In this document: positions 49,321 through 63,844 of the stretch, in pieces
Layout: each line of letters starts with the position of its first letter
Position numbering within the stretch: the first letter of the stretch is position 1
Assembly (NCBI RefSeq): GCF_009914755.1
Contig: NC_060944.1
DNA length: 64,000 nucleotides
Direction: 5' to 3' (one strand)
Source: the human T2T-CHM13v2.0 reference genome, Homo sapiens
The notes under the pieces: generated by a model
What the model was told of the DNA's origin: nothing
Seen by the model: only the letters and a program-made list of their open reading frames with translations
Databases searched by the model: none
Position numbers and translations under genes: made by a program

Positions 49321-50998
49321 AAGCAGTTTTTCTGAAAATCACAAGTTACATTTTAAAAAGTAACTTGATATTTTTGAAAGGGAAATCTCTGGTGTTTAGC
49401 TCTTCTGTTTTTTTTTAATGTAAAGGTTACCTTGTTTCTTTTAGCTTTAGAACTTTGGACCCTGCCTCTGAATTTAGGCCTTCTGAATGAGGAGGAAGGA
49501 GCCTCAGTACCTGAGGAACAGGTATTTCCTTTCCTGTCATTGGGCAAATACCTGGAAATGGTAGGTAGACCTAAGTTACCATGTAGGAGGCATGCACTCT
49601 TGGAAGGGTGTCAGTCCCAGGGCCATTAGTGGTATTTTTATTTCTTATTCTGGGCTTCCTCTTATATTACTTGATTAGGTTTGGGGCTATGCTATAGTTT
49701 TTTATTCTTCTTCAAGTAAGCCAGAGCAATAGACACAAGCTTGAGCCTTAGGGCTTTACATGGACTAGATCCACCTTTACTAGATCCACCTTTAGCTGAA
49801 TGTGGAACATCTCCCCGCTCCTGGAGGTGCTTGGCTCTTCCTAGGCAATTTTCTCATCATTTTGCTTTAGGTCTGACTTCTTTAGGGAAAACTTAGTGGT
49901 GTCATTTGCTTGCAACTCTAGGGTAAGTGTCGTTTTCTGCATCATAGCCCAGAATCTGAGAATCTCTCTTCTAAGGTTGGGTTGACAGTTCTAAGGGAAC
50001 TCACTTCATTTTCTGGAATTTCTTGAGGAAACTCCCCAGTCTGATTCAGGTATGTTTCTATCAGTTCTTTGTGACAAATGACAATATGTAGAAACTTGGC
50101 CTCAAGACTTTTTTCAGTAATATTAGATACTTCTCTTGGGTTTCCCATAAGAGATCTGGAGGCCAGCTTACCACTTGCTAATACAATGGGTTTCCTACTA
50201 TTCTCAAAATTCTCAGTGGTCTACTTTGGAAAGTGAGGGTAAGGGCTGGGACCTGGACCTCTATCTTCATCTTCAGTCCTAGCCAAAATACTTTGATCTG
50301 TTTTATAGATCATTCTTCTTTATAAGATTTCCCTTGGAAAAAATGGTCCTGCGGTGAGTTTTAAAACTGTTGTTCCGGGGTATCCTGGGAAACTTGGAGC
50401 CTCCATCTTTGGCTAAGTGTCTTTTTCTAAAATTAGAGCAGCAGTAGCAGGTATTTATTTCTGAAGCAATGCCTGCATACCTCATTAATTTTGGGGACCT
50501 ATTAGGCTATTCCTTCTGGCTTGTAGGCCCTTCTCTAACAGACCTTAGCTTCAGAGGGACTATGAGCACTGTAAAATCACATGCAGAATTCTTGCAAATA
50601 TGTGTTTAAAAAAATTAAAAAAGAATACCAAGGCCATTCTGCTTCAATGTGAGCAGCAAGGGTGGCGGTGGGTATTTACTTGTTCATTCAACAAAAACCT
50701 ATTGAGTGTCTGCTATTATGTGTTAGGCACATGTTAGACATAGAAAATCCAGAAGTGAAGTTTATGTTCTAGTATTCCCGCCTTCCTCCCAGAAGCTTTC
50801 GAGTTCTCATAGGAGTGGTAGGTTTAGATTCCAGAGTGCTTAACTTTACGACGAGTAAGAAGTAGCTTTAAACTGAAGATGGTATGCCTAGCCCTCTCTG
50901 CTGATAATATTAGGGAGCTTCATTGGACCACTGCTTGCTACATCCATAAGTCACCTGTCCTGAAGCTGTTGCTGTCTCTCCTCCAGGCTTGTCAGTGA

Positions 50999-51214
<216 letters not shown>

Positions 51215-51459
51215 TGAGCTCCAAATACAGTTCATCTTTAAACTCAGTGAGCGGTAGACTCATTGGGGATTTAAATTTTGGCATGATGGTTTACAAACAA
51301 AGGTTAACAGTTCTTAGAATGGAAACTCTCAGGCACAATATAACTTTAGCCCTGATGAAGTTATTTTACCTTCAGTCATGATTTTGCTAATGTAGGGAGG
51401 GACTCAGTGAATTATGCATGTTTGATAGTGATGGGAGCAGTAGCTTGTTTAATAGGATA

Positions 51460-51764
<305 letters not shown>

Positions 51765-52569
51765 TTAACCAATTAAATTAGAGCCTATAGATAATATATT
51801 ACAAAGTAGTTATCAAAGTAGAGTCTGAAAACTTGGTAGTGACAAGATATTTTACTCAGCAAATGAAACCTCCAAAGTCTTTTAACTGTTCTATTTGGAA
51901 GTGTGCCAGTTTGCTATTCATTAGCTAGCCATTAAATGCCTCCAGTTTTATAAGACTTTACAGTGTATTTCAGAATCCCTGCTTTGTATATAGCACAGTG
52001 TATATAAACTATAAGTTGATCATCTAGTTCCAAGTTCTCTTGTTGCTTATTCATTGGTGTACTCTGTTGACTAACACATGTGAGTGTGCTTGTGTTCTCA
52101 CACAGATGCAGTATTCAGGGAAATATCTAAAAGGAAGCATGGAATTTCAGTGTGGGAAGGGATGCAATGATAGTAATACTCTGTCTGGTATTGACAATAG
52201 CTGGACAGTCATTGATTCATCACCTCTCTGCTACTTACTCCCCATGCCAGGGGTCTCAACAGCATGAGGCAGACAATTCATCCCCCTCCTGGGCTCTTTG
52301 TTGTTGAAACTTTGGTTTTGCTCATTTGAAACACACATTCTTACAACTTTTCCTGTGAGTCCCAACTTTGCCTTCTGGAGCTATGCGGTGTAAAGACCAC
52401 TGCTGTTTTTCCACCTGGTTCCAGGGCTTAGAACAGGGGAACAGCCCCATTTTCATGGTTAAGGCTCTGTCCTTCCCAACACCAGTCCTTTTGCTCCATT
52501 ATTTGTCTCTCTGTCTCTCTCCCTTGAAGGGTGGCTTTCAAATACTTGGAGCATTGTATGGCAAAGTTT

Positions 52570-52790
52570 GGAGGTAAAAAGACATGGGTGTTTGTTGTGA
52601 TTCCTTCACTTACTGGCTGCATGAAGTCGGAGAAGTTACTTAAACTTTCTGAATCTAAGTTTTCTCATCTTCAAAATGGGTATAATTAGCAGTTGGTATT
52701 AGGTATTACAGATACCTACCCTGCAGAATTAATGTGAGGATTATATGAGGTCATTTGTATGAACTATTTGGCATAGAAACTGACTCATAG
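52570..52790 (+). mobile_element. MIR SINE
   Basis: CACTTACTGGCTGCATGAAGTCGGAGAAGTTACTTAAACTTTCTGAATCTAAGTTTTCTCATCTTCAAAATGGG. Confidence 0.7.
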
Positions 52791-53112
52791 TAGTCAGTCA
52801 TCATAGGCAGTCATCCTTTTCCTTCTCCCCTGTGTCCCTCTGTCCCCCTTGCTGGAGGATTAAGGCCTTCAATAAGAACTGAACAGGGCAACTTGAAATC
52901 TTTCAAAGTAAAAATTTTTTGATGTGTCTGTGATTTTGGGTACAGGAACTCCTAAGAATTGCTTCTCATTTTTACTATTAAATGATTATTTGAAAGTCAA
53001 AACTTAATATTGCACTTATTTTAATTTTTTGACCAGTTCTCCCAAATCAGTGTCTTAAAGATTCTGCTTTAAAAATAAGTTTGCCAAAGATGTGTTTTCT
53101 TTTTGTTGGTAA

Positions 53113-53301
<189 letters not shown>

Positions 53302-54996
53302 TAGGTTATTGTCATTGCCCTGCCTTCCTTCACCTGTCTGACCTTAGGCAGCTTTCTGGCATTCATGGAATACATTATAACAAAGGCTGGGTCTGTTATT
53401 ACTGTACTTTAGATACAGAATTGAGCCACTTTTTAAATATAGATATAACAGTTTGGCTAGTGCCTGTTTAAAACATTTCAGAATAATCAAGTATTCTTGA
53501 GAAACAGATAAATTTTATACCCTACTTCCCCCACAAAAAAATTCCACTCTTATTTTGATCATTAAAATATGCATGATCATTAAAATATGCCTAATCATTA
53601 TTTTAAAGAAACAAACCATAGAAAGATATAATAGAAAAGTTCTCCTGAAATCCTACCATGTATATTTATATATAATTTTACAGGAATGGGACCATATTAT
53701 ACATGCTACTTTATAACCAAAGTAGGCAGTTTTTTTATAATAATAATTTTACCTTTTTGCCATTTATATTTAATACCATCGCTGTTTTATAAGTACACTC
53801 TTAGGTTCATTTTTTTCAGACTTATTTTTTCATTTCAATCCTGATTTTAATATGCAAGCATACCTTGTTTTATTGCACTTGACTGTATTGAGCTTCACGG
53901 ATACCATGTTTTTTTTTTTTTCCAAATTGAAGGGTTGTGGCAACCCTGCATCAAGCGAGTCTGTCGGGTGCCATTTTTCCAACAGCATATGCTCACTTTG
54001 TGCCTCTGTCATATGTTGGTAATTCTTGCGTATTTCAAACTTTTACTGTTATGGTGACCTGTGATCAGTGATCTTTAATATTACCATTGTAATTGTTTTA
54101 GAGTGCCACGTACTACACCTATATAAAATGGTGAACTTAACTGATCAATGTTGTTTGTGTTCTGACAGCTCCACTGACCAGCTGTTTTCCGTCTCTTTCC
54201 CACTCTTGAGACACAATGATACTGAAATTAGGCCAATTAGTAACTCTATAATGGCCTCAAAGTGTTCGAGTGAAAGGAATAGTTGGATGTCTCTCACTTT
54301 AAATCAAAAGCTAGAAATGATTAAGTTTAATTAGGAAGGTGTGTTGAAAGCCAAAACAGGCTGAAAGCTAGGCCTCTTGCACCAAATGGTTAGCCAAGGT
54401 GTGAATGCAAAGGTAAAGTTCTTGAAGGAAATTAAACATGCTACACCACTGAACACAGGAATGATAAGAAAGCAAAACAGGCTTATTTATGATATGGAGA
54501 AAGTTTGAGTGGGCTAGATAGGAGATCAAACCAGTCACAACATTTTCTTAAGCCAAAGCGTGATCCAGAGCAAGGCCTAACTGTCTTCAGTTCTATGAAG
54601 GCTGCGAGAGGTGAGGAAGCTGTAGAAGAAAGCTTAGGAAGAGGCCGAGGTTGGTTCATGAGGTTTAAGGAAAGAAGCCATGTCTATAACGTGAAAGTGC
54701 AAGCTGAAGCAGCAAGTGTGATGGAGAAGCTGCAGCAAGTGATCCAGATGATCTAGCTAAGATCATTGACGAAGGTGGCCTCACTAAACAACAGATTTTC
54801 AGTGTGCATTAAACAGTCTTGTATTGGAAGAAGACACCATCTAGGACTTCTATAGCTAGAGAGGAGAAGTCAGTGCCTGGCAAGCTGAAGCCAGTGCTCA
54901 TTTACCATTTGGAATATCCTAGGGCCCTTAAGAATAATGTTAAATTTGCGCTTGCCTTGGCAGCCTATATACTAAGAATGATGTTAAATTTATTCT

Positions 54997-55370
54997 GGCT
55001 GTGTGCAGTGGCTCACACCTGTAATCCCAGCACTTTGGGAGTACGAGGTGGGCAGATTAGTTGAGCTCAGGAGTTTGAGACCACTCTGGGCAACTTGGCA
55101 AAAGCCCATCTCTACAAAAAATAGCCAGGTGTGGTGGCTTGCGCCTGTAGAACACACCTCCCAGGTTCAAGTGATTCTTGTGCCTTAGCCTCCCGAATAA
55201 CTGGGATTACAGAGGTGTGCCAACATGTCCTGCTAGTTTTTGTATTTTTAGTAGAGGTGGGGGTTTCACCATGTTGGCCAGTCTGGTCTCCAACTCCTAG
55301 TCTCAAAACAATCCACCCATCTCAGCCTCCCAAAGTGCTTGGATTACAGGCATGAGCCACTGTGCCCAGC
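54997..55370. mobile_element. Sense Alu fragment (54997-~55150) fused to an antisense Alu fragment (~55155-55370)
   Basis: Orientation switches at GCGCCTGTAG-AACAC-ACCTCCCAGGTTCAAG; neither copy keeps an A-tail. Confidence 0.85.
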
Positions 55371-55394
55371 GTGACTTTCAAATCTTAAGAAATA

Positions 55395-57009
55395 CAGCTG
55401 ACCATTGAACAACATGTATTTGAACTGTGTGGGTCCACTTACATGTAGATTTTTCTCAATTAAAAATAGTGGAAAATTTTTTTTGAAATTTGAGACAATT
55501 TGAAAAAATGTGCAAATGAACCGTGTATCCTAGAAATATTGAAAAAATTAAGAAAAAATTAGGTATGTCGTAGGCATAAAATATATGTACATGCTAGTCT
55601 TGTATCATTTACTACCATAAAATATACACAAATGTATTATACTAAATTAAAATTTATTAAAACTTATGCATACAAATGCTTATAGACTATATACATGATA
55701 CCATTTGCAGTAATGTAAACAATAGGTAAAGAAATGTAAACAAACATAAAAGCTGCAGTATTAAATCATAATTGCATAAAATTAACTCTGGTACATACTG
55801 TACTACTGTAATAATTTTGTAGCCACTTCCTGTTGCTATTGCAATGAGCTCAGGTGTTGTGAATATTCACTGAAAACTCCATGTGACACTAATCATCTCT
55901 GCTTGAGCAGTTAATCTCTTCAGTAAATAGTGTATCTCAGTAAAAAGTGATGTCTCAGTTTTCATTTATTTTTCGTCATATTTAATTTACAATACTGTAA
56001 ACCTGGAATAAGTAATACCATGAGACCCATAGGAAGTGCCACCAGTGGTGCTGGAAGTGCTCCCAAGAAGCAGAGAAAACTCATGACATTACAAGAAAAA
56101 GTTGAATTGCTTGATACGTTCTGTTGTTTGAGGTCTGCAGCTGTGGTCACCTGCCAGTTCAGGCAGACAATTGACTTTGTAAACAGATGACATAAACTTA
56201 TGGTATCAATAAACACAGTACAGTGCTGTAAATGTAAATGTGTTTTCTCTTTTATATGATTTTTTTTTGTTTGAGACAGTCTCACTTTTTCACCTAGTCT
56301 GGAGTGCAGTGGTGCGATCTCAGCTCACTGCAACCTCTGCCTCATTGCAGCCTCTGCCTCCCATGCTCAAGTGATTCTCGTGCCTCAGCCTCCCCAGTAG
56401 CTGGGATTACAGGCGTGAGCCACCATGCCCAGCTAATTTTTTAGTATTTTTAGTAGAGTCAGGGATTCTCCATGTTGGCCAAGCTGGTCTCTAACTCCAG
56501 GCCTCATGTGAGCCGCCCCACCTCTGCCTTCCAAAGTGCTGGGATTACAGGCATGAGCCACTGCGCCTGGCCCTTTTTTATGATTTTTTTTAAAGAGGGG
56601 GTCTTGCTGTGTTGCCCAGGCTAGAGTATAATGGCTATTCACACCTCCTGGGCGCAAGCTGTTTAGATTGGTGCAAAAGTAATTGCGGCTTTTGCCATAT
56701 TTTAATTACTTTTGTACCAACACAATATCTTCTGCTTCAAGCCTCCAAGTGTCTGGGACTATGGGTGTGCTGCTGCATCTGATTTTCCTTATGATTTTCT
56801 TAATAACATTTTATTTAGCTTTCTTTATTGTAAGAATACCATATATAATACACATACAAAATATGTATTAGTTATTTGTTATTGGTAAGGCTTCTGATTA
56901 GAAGTAGGCTATTAGTAGTTAAGTTTTGAGGGAGTCAAACATTATACATAGATTTTTCAACTGTATGAGGGGCCAGCACCTCTAGTCCCTATTGTTCAGG
57001 GGTCAACTG
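55395..57009. mobile_element. Tigger2b-like element nested in Tigger1, containing two antisense Alus (~56265-56572; ~56585-56780)
   Basis: TIRs CAGCTGACCATTGAACAA / TTGTTCAGGGGTCAACTG with TA duplication; Tigger1 text resumes after it. Confidence 0.8.
56663..56725. mobile_element. MADE1 MITE (Hsmar1-derived), internally deleted
   Basis: TTAGATTGGTGCAAAAGTAATTGCGGCTTTTGCCAT...AATTACTTTTGTACCAA matches the MADE1 TIRs. Confidence 0.88.
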
Positions 57010-57589
57010 TACATTCTGTAAGGTTATAGCTACCATATCAACATTAACAGGAGTTTGGAAGAAGTTGATTCCAACCCTAATGAATGACTCTGAGGGGTTC
57101 AAAGCTTCAGTGGAAGAAGTCACTGCAGATGAGGTGGAGAAGTAGCAAGAGAACTACAAATTAGAAGTATAGCCCAAAGAGATGACTAATTGCTGCAATG
57201 TCATGATAAAACTAATGGTGAGGAGTCTTATGGATGAGCAAAGAGTTTCCTGAGGTGGAATCTACTCCTGGTATAGATGCCATGAACATTGTTGAAATGA
57301 CAGCAAAGTATTTAGAATATTACATAAGCTTAATTGGTAAAGTAATGGCAGAGTTTGAGAGGATTGACTCCGATTTTGAAAGAAGTTCTACTATGGGTAA
57401 AATGCTATGAAATGGCATTGCATGCCACAGATAAATTTTTTGTGAAAAGAAGAGTCAGTCCATGTGGCACACCTCATTGTTGTCTTATTTTTAAAAACTG
57501 CCACAGCCACCCCAACCTTCAGCAGTCACCTTCCTGATCAGTCTGCAGCCATCAATGAGGCAATACCCTCCACCAGTGAAAAGATGACT

Positions 57590-59235
57590 CTAGATGACGC
57601 AAACAAATGGAAAAACATTCCATGTTCATGGATTAGAAGAATCAAAATCATTAAAATGGCCATACTGCCCATAGCAATCTACAGATTCAACACTATTCCT
57701 GTCAAACTACCAGTGCCATTTTTTCACATAACTAGGAAAAAACCTATTCTAAAATTCATATTGCAACCAAAAAAGAGCTCTAATAGCCAAAGCAAATCCT
57801 AAGCAAAAAGAACAAAGCTGGAGGCTTCACATTACCCACCTTGAAACTATACTAGAGGGCTACAGTCACCAAAACAGCATGGTACTGGTACAAAAACAGA
57901 TATATAAACTAATGGAACAGAATAGAGAACCCAGAAGTAAAGCTGCATAACTACAGCCATCTGATTTTTGACAGAGTCAATAAAAGCAAGCAATGGGGAA
58001 AGGACTCTCTATTCAATAAATAGTGCAGGGATAACTGGCTAACCATATGCAGAAGAATGAAACTAGACTCCTACCTTTCACCATATACAAAAATTAACTC
58101 AAGATGGATTAAAGATTTAAATGTAATACCTCAAGCTATAAGGATACTAGAAGAAAACCTAGGAAACACTATTATGGACATTTGCCTTGGGAAGGAATTT
58201 ATGACTCAGTCCTCAAAAGTAATTGCAACAAAAACAATCGACAAGTGGTACCTAATTAAACTAAAGAGTTTGCACAGTAAAAGAAACTATCAACAGAGTA
58301 AATGGAAAACCTACAGAATGGGAGAAAATATTCACAAATTATACATCTGACAGAGATCTAATATCCAGAATCTATAAGGAACTTAAAGCAATTGAACAAG
58401 CAAAAAACAACCCCGTTAAAAAACAGGCAAAAGACATGAACAGACACTTATCAAAAGAAGACATATAAGTGGCCAAGAAACATATGAAAAAATGCTCCAC
58501 ATTACTAATCATCAAACAAATGCAAATCAAAACCACAATGAGATACCATCTCACACCAGGCAGAATGGGTATTATTAAAAAGTCAAAAAAACAGTAGATG
58601 CTGGCAAGACTGCAGGGAAAAGGGAATGCTTATACTCTGCTGGTGGGAATGTAAATTAGTTCCAGCTACTGTGGAAAGCAGTTGGGAGATTTCTCAAAGA
58701 ACTTAAAATACGACTACCATTCAACCCAGCTATCCCATTGCTGGGTATATATCCAAAAGAAAACAAATTGTTCTACCGAAAAGACACATGCACTTTTATA
58801 TATTGCAGCACGATTCACAATAGCAAAGACATGGAATCAGCCTAGATGCCCGTCGGTGGTAGACTGGGTAAAGAAAATGTGGCACATATGCACCATGGAA
58901 TACTATGCAGCCATGAAAAAGAATTAATTGTGTCCTTTGTAGCAACATGGATGCAGCTTGAAGCCATTATCCTAAGTGAATTAACACAGGAACAGAAAAC
59001 CAAGTATCACATGTTCTTACTTATAAGTGGGTGCTAAACATTGGACATAAAACTCATGGACATAAAGATGACAACATTAGAAACTGAGGACTGCTGGTGG
59101 GGGAAGAGGAGCAGTGTTGAAAAGTCCAGATGATGGGATCATTTGTACCCCAAGCCTCAGCATCATGCAGTATACCCAGATAACCTGCACATGTACCTCC
59201 TGAATCTAAAATTAAAGTTGGAAAATTTTAAAAAG
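57590..59235 (+). mobile_element. 5'-truncated L1 (L1PB/old L1PA-like; ORF2 3' part plus 3'UTR) inserted in Tigger1
   Basis: ORF2 remnants [55 protein letters not shown]; A-rich end; degenerate TSD GAAAAGATGACT / GAAAGGATTATGACT. Confidence 0.92.
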
Positions 59236-59611
59236 GGAAAGGATTATGACTTGGTGAAGGCACAGATAAATTATTAGCATCTTTCAGCAGTAAAATATTA
59301 ATATTTTTAAATTAAGGATGTGCATTGATTTTTAAACATATAATCCTATTGCATACTTAATCGACTACAGTATAGTCCAAACATAACTTTTATATGCATT
59401 GAGAAACCAAAAAAACGTGCATGCCTTGCTTTTTGCAATGTTTGTTTTATTAGGGTAGTGTGAAACTGAACCTGCAAGATCTCGAAGTTATACCCGTATA
59501 ACTCTAGATATAGATAAGGGTTCTTTAAAAAATATAATACCCTTATCACACCCAAAAAAGTTGACAATTCTTTAATACCGGTTAGCTAGTCAGTGTTCAA
59601 ATTTCCAGGTA

Positions 59612-59938
59612 CAATTGACCCTCTGTGGGTTCTGTATCCATGGACACAGCCAGTCAGAGATCAAAAATATTTGGCAAAAAATTTCACAAAATTCCAAAGA
59701 GTAAAAATTGAATTTGCCTTCTACTGAGTACTGCATCGAATCTGTGCAAATGAAGGGATGTGTATGCATTGTATTAGGTATTATAAGTAATCTTGAGACG
59801 ATTTAAAGTATATAGGAAGATGTGTGTAGGTTATATGCAAATACTAAATTATTTTATGTAAGGGGGCTTGAGCATCCGTGGATTTTGGCATCTGAGGGGT
59901 GTTCTGCGTCAATCCCCTATAATTCTGAAGGACAACTG
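59612..59938. mobile_element. MER2-like Tigger MITE
   Basis: TA-CAATTGACCCTC.../...GAAGGACAACTG-TA; GTATTAGGTATTATAAGTAATCT core. Confidence 0.75.
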
Positions 59939-59964
59939 TATAGGTTCCTGCTTTTTTCTTTCCT

Positions 59965-60293
<329 letters not shown>

Positions 60294-61039
60294 TGAAGAA
60301 ACTGGGTTGTCTTACAGAGTGTTTCACATTTTGGATTTGTCCACATTGTTAATTACTATATTCCTCTGCCCCGCTGTATTTCCTATAAACTGGTAGTTAG
60401 ATCTAGAGACTTGATCTCATTCAGGTTTGATAGGGGGCAAAGAGAGGGGGTGACAGGAACAAAAACTTTATAGGTAGTGTTATGTATCAGAAGGTAGACT
60501 TCTCTTTTTCTGAGTTAATGTTTAGATCTTTATTATTATTTAAACTAAAAAATGAAGCTTTGGAATATTTTGTTAATTCTAGTATATCACAGAGAACATG
60601 AATATTATGAATCTAGCCATGAGCGGTGGCTCACACCTGTAATCCCAGCACTTTGGGAGGCTGAGGCAGGATGATTGCTTTAAAAAAATTATGAATCTGT
60701 TTTTAAGTAATGCTTTTATCTTGATTATAATCACAGTACATGCTTATAATAGAAAATTTGGAAAATGTAGGGACAGATACCTATCATTCAGAGCCAACCC
60801 ATGTTAACATTTTAATGTATTTTTTCCATTTAGTTCCCTTTTTAAAAATGCCAGTTTGAAATTATTCTATATAATATTATCTACTTTTTTCATTTGATGT
60901 CTGATTCTTGTCACTTTAGTTACACAAACTTTTTCTCATTAAATAGCTGTTGAGATCATATTTTTAATGGTTTTGTAGTTTTCCATTATATAATTGGAAT
61001 TATAATTCATTTAATAATTTCCTTGTTATTGTTGTTGTT

Positions 61040-61480
61040 ATTTTTGTTTTTTTGAGGCAGGGTCTTGCTTTGTTGCCCAGGCTGGAGTACAGTGGTATGA
61101 TCAGGACTCATAGCAGCCTCAACCTCCCCAGGCTCAAACAATCCTCTCACCTCAGCCTCCCATGGCAGCTGGGAGCTACAGGTTCATGCCACCACGCCCA
61201 GCTAATTTTTGTATTTTTTGTAAAGATGAGGTTTTGCATATCGCCCAGGCAGGCAGGACTCAAGCTCCTGGACTCAAGTGATCCACTAGACTTGGCCTCC
61301 CAGAGTGCTGGGATTGGAGTGCAGGCGTGAGCCACTATGCCAGCGTTGTTTTTTTGTTTTTGGTTTTCTTTTTTTTTTGAGATATGGTCTTGCTCTGTTG
61401 CCCAGGGTGGAGTGCAGTGGCGCAGTCATGGCTCATTGTAGCCTCGAACTCCTGACCTCAAGCAATCCTCCCATCTTCCC
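61040..61480 (-). mobile_element. AluJ-like element (~61040-61345) plus partial Alu (~61370-61480)
   Basis: Reverse-complement Alu consensus. Confidence 0.85.
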
Positions 61481-61873
61481 CTGCTGTTTTGATATTTATG
61501 TTGTTCCCATTGTTTTATTTTAAAAATATTGGTGATATGAATGCTTTATACATAGTCTTTATATGTGAGAATATTATCTCTAGGTAGAGAATAATTGAGT
61601 TAAAGGGCTTTGAATAGTTTTAATACATTTAGAATATTAAGTAATTAAGTTGTTGAGTTATTTTTATGGTATGTCATAAATTCTAAACTTCATGTAAAAC
61701 TATTATAACTTAGTTATATGGCAGAAATTTGCAGTGAGATGAATCTTTTAAAAAATTTACATATTGTATGATTATATAATTATATAAGTATAATTACATA
61801 TATAAATAGCTATAATTTATAAGTAATATGCAATGTGTATATGTCAAACATATTACATATAAACATATAAATG

Positions 61874-62211
61874 TCACAGAAAGACATTTAAAAACTAAGA
61901 TCACTGACAGCTGAAAAACACAAACTATAACTACAAAATGGGAAGAAATGATAAAAAATGATTAACATACCTAACCTATAAAAAGGTCATAAAGAATAAT
62001 TCAGAATCACTGATACACAAGTAGAAAAATTAGGCTAGTCAAACCAGAAAGAGAAGAGATGCAAGGAAAAACTTTAAGAATCAGTTTACAACAGAATAAA
62101 TGTCCCACAGAGCACATGGATGGGCCTGGAAGAGGGACAAGTAAAAAGTGATGAAGCTGAACTGAAGAGAATTACTATATAAAAGATAGGGACAGCAGGA
62201 AGTAACAGTAT
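61874..62211. repeat. Left arm of a ~338-bp inverted repeat
   Basis: Reverse complement of 63318-63656; 15 substitutions and 1 indel by manual alignment. Confidence 0.96.
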
Positions 62212-62638
62212 TTTAATACTAATTATTTTAAATTATTTAAGTATCTTAAATAATTTAAAACACTCTTTTTTTGGTATACTTGTTTATTTTACCCAAAAAC
62301 TCATGTATCTTGTAAAGAAGATGCTGATAACAACACGTGTATTACATATAAAATATATACAACAGCATATACTCTTCTTCCCAGCTTCTTTCCATTAGAA
62401 ATCATCTTGAAAGTCTCCAATTTGTTTTCAATGTAAAACTTCTTTTTAATGAACGCATAATAGTTGTACATATTTGTGGAGTACATAATGATGTTTTGAT
62501 ATATATATAAAAAATGTGTAGTGATTGATCAGAGTAATTAGCATATCCATCATCCCAAACATAAAAAAACTAGAAATCCTCTTTCAGTTTGTCTGTTTTA
62601 TAAATGAGGGTTTCCATATGTCTTGTTCACGTATGTGA

Positions 62639-62950
<312 letters not shown>

Positions 62951-63317
62951 TGAATTCAGAAGGTGGACACTAAGCCCCATTCATCAAATGGAATCCAGCT
63001 GGACAACAAGCACATTTCTGTCCTGTGCCTCCTGCTCTCCCCGTCCCAGCAGGGTTAGGCTGTCCTCAGCCGCTCTTGGTTTACACGCTCTAGGAACGCG
63101 TTCCCTGTGGTAGATGCCGCACTTGTTCTCTTGCCTGTTACTGCAGCCAGGCTGATGATCTTTCTCTTGGGATTTTGTCACATTCTGTGGGGACTGGAGG
63201 TTGCCTTGCTCCTCTCTGTGCCCAGCACTGACTGGTCAGTCTGCCTCTCAGAGCCCTCCTCCAATAGCCTGTTTAAAGTTTCAATGGGAGATACACCCTA
63301 AAATTTCACAGAGGGGT

Positions 63318-63656
63318 ATACTGCTACTTCCTGCTGTCCCTGTCTTTTATATAGTAATTCTCTTCAGTTCAGCTTCATCACTTTTTACTTGTCCCTCTTC
63401 CAGCCCCATCTGTGTGCTCTGTAGAACATTTATTCTGTTGTAAACTGATTCTTAAATTTTTTCCTTGCATATCTTCTCTTTCTGGTTTAACTAGCCTAAT
63501 TTTTCTATTTTGTGTATCAGTGATTCTGAATTACTCTTTATGACCTTTTTATAAGTTAGGTATGTTAATCTTTTTTTATCATTTCTTCCCATTTTGTAGT
63601 TACAGTTTGTGTTTTTCAGCTGTCAGTGATCTTAGTTTTTAAATGTCTTTCTGTGA
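63318..63656. repeat. Right arm of the inverted repeat
   Basis: Reverse complement of 61874-62211. Confidence 0.96.
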
Positions 63657-63778
63657 TCATTTTCTATTTCCTTTGTGTTCTTTGATCAGATAGTCACCTA
63701 TGATTTCTTCCAATGTTGTTTCCTTTGTAATAGTAAGTTCTTTTATATACCTCAGGATCTGTCTTTATATGTATATAA

Positions 63779-63787
63779 ACACACACA

Positions 63788-63832
<45 letters not shown>

Positions 63833-63834
63833 AC
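63779..63834. repeat. (CA)n microsatellite
   Basis: Interrupted CA run next to an Alu fragment. Confidence 0.95.
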
Positions 63835-63844
63835 GCATGCATGT

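Larger units (their letters stand above)
53855..59496 (+). mobile_element. Tigger1 DNA transposon, decayed and multiply interrupted
   Basis: 5' end CAAGCATACCTTGTTTTATTGC, 3' end ...GTTATACCCG-TA; transposase remnants [53 protein letters not shown]. Confidence 0.88.

Noticed and set aside
49764-49793. 15-bp tandem duplication ACTAGATCCACCTTT
   Set aside because: Ordinary slippage event in deep intron.
53556-53590. 18-bp tandem duplication TGATCATTAAAATATGC(A)
   Set aside because: Ordinary slippage event in intron.
54250-57540. Possible domesticated Tigger transposase
   Set aside because: Multiple stops, frameshifts, deletions and nested insertions.
57464-59037. ORFs resembling L1 ORF2p
   Set aside because: Fragmented, 5'-truncated L1 with stops and frameshifts.
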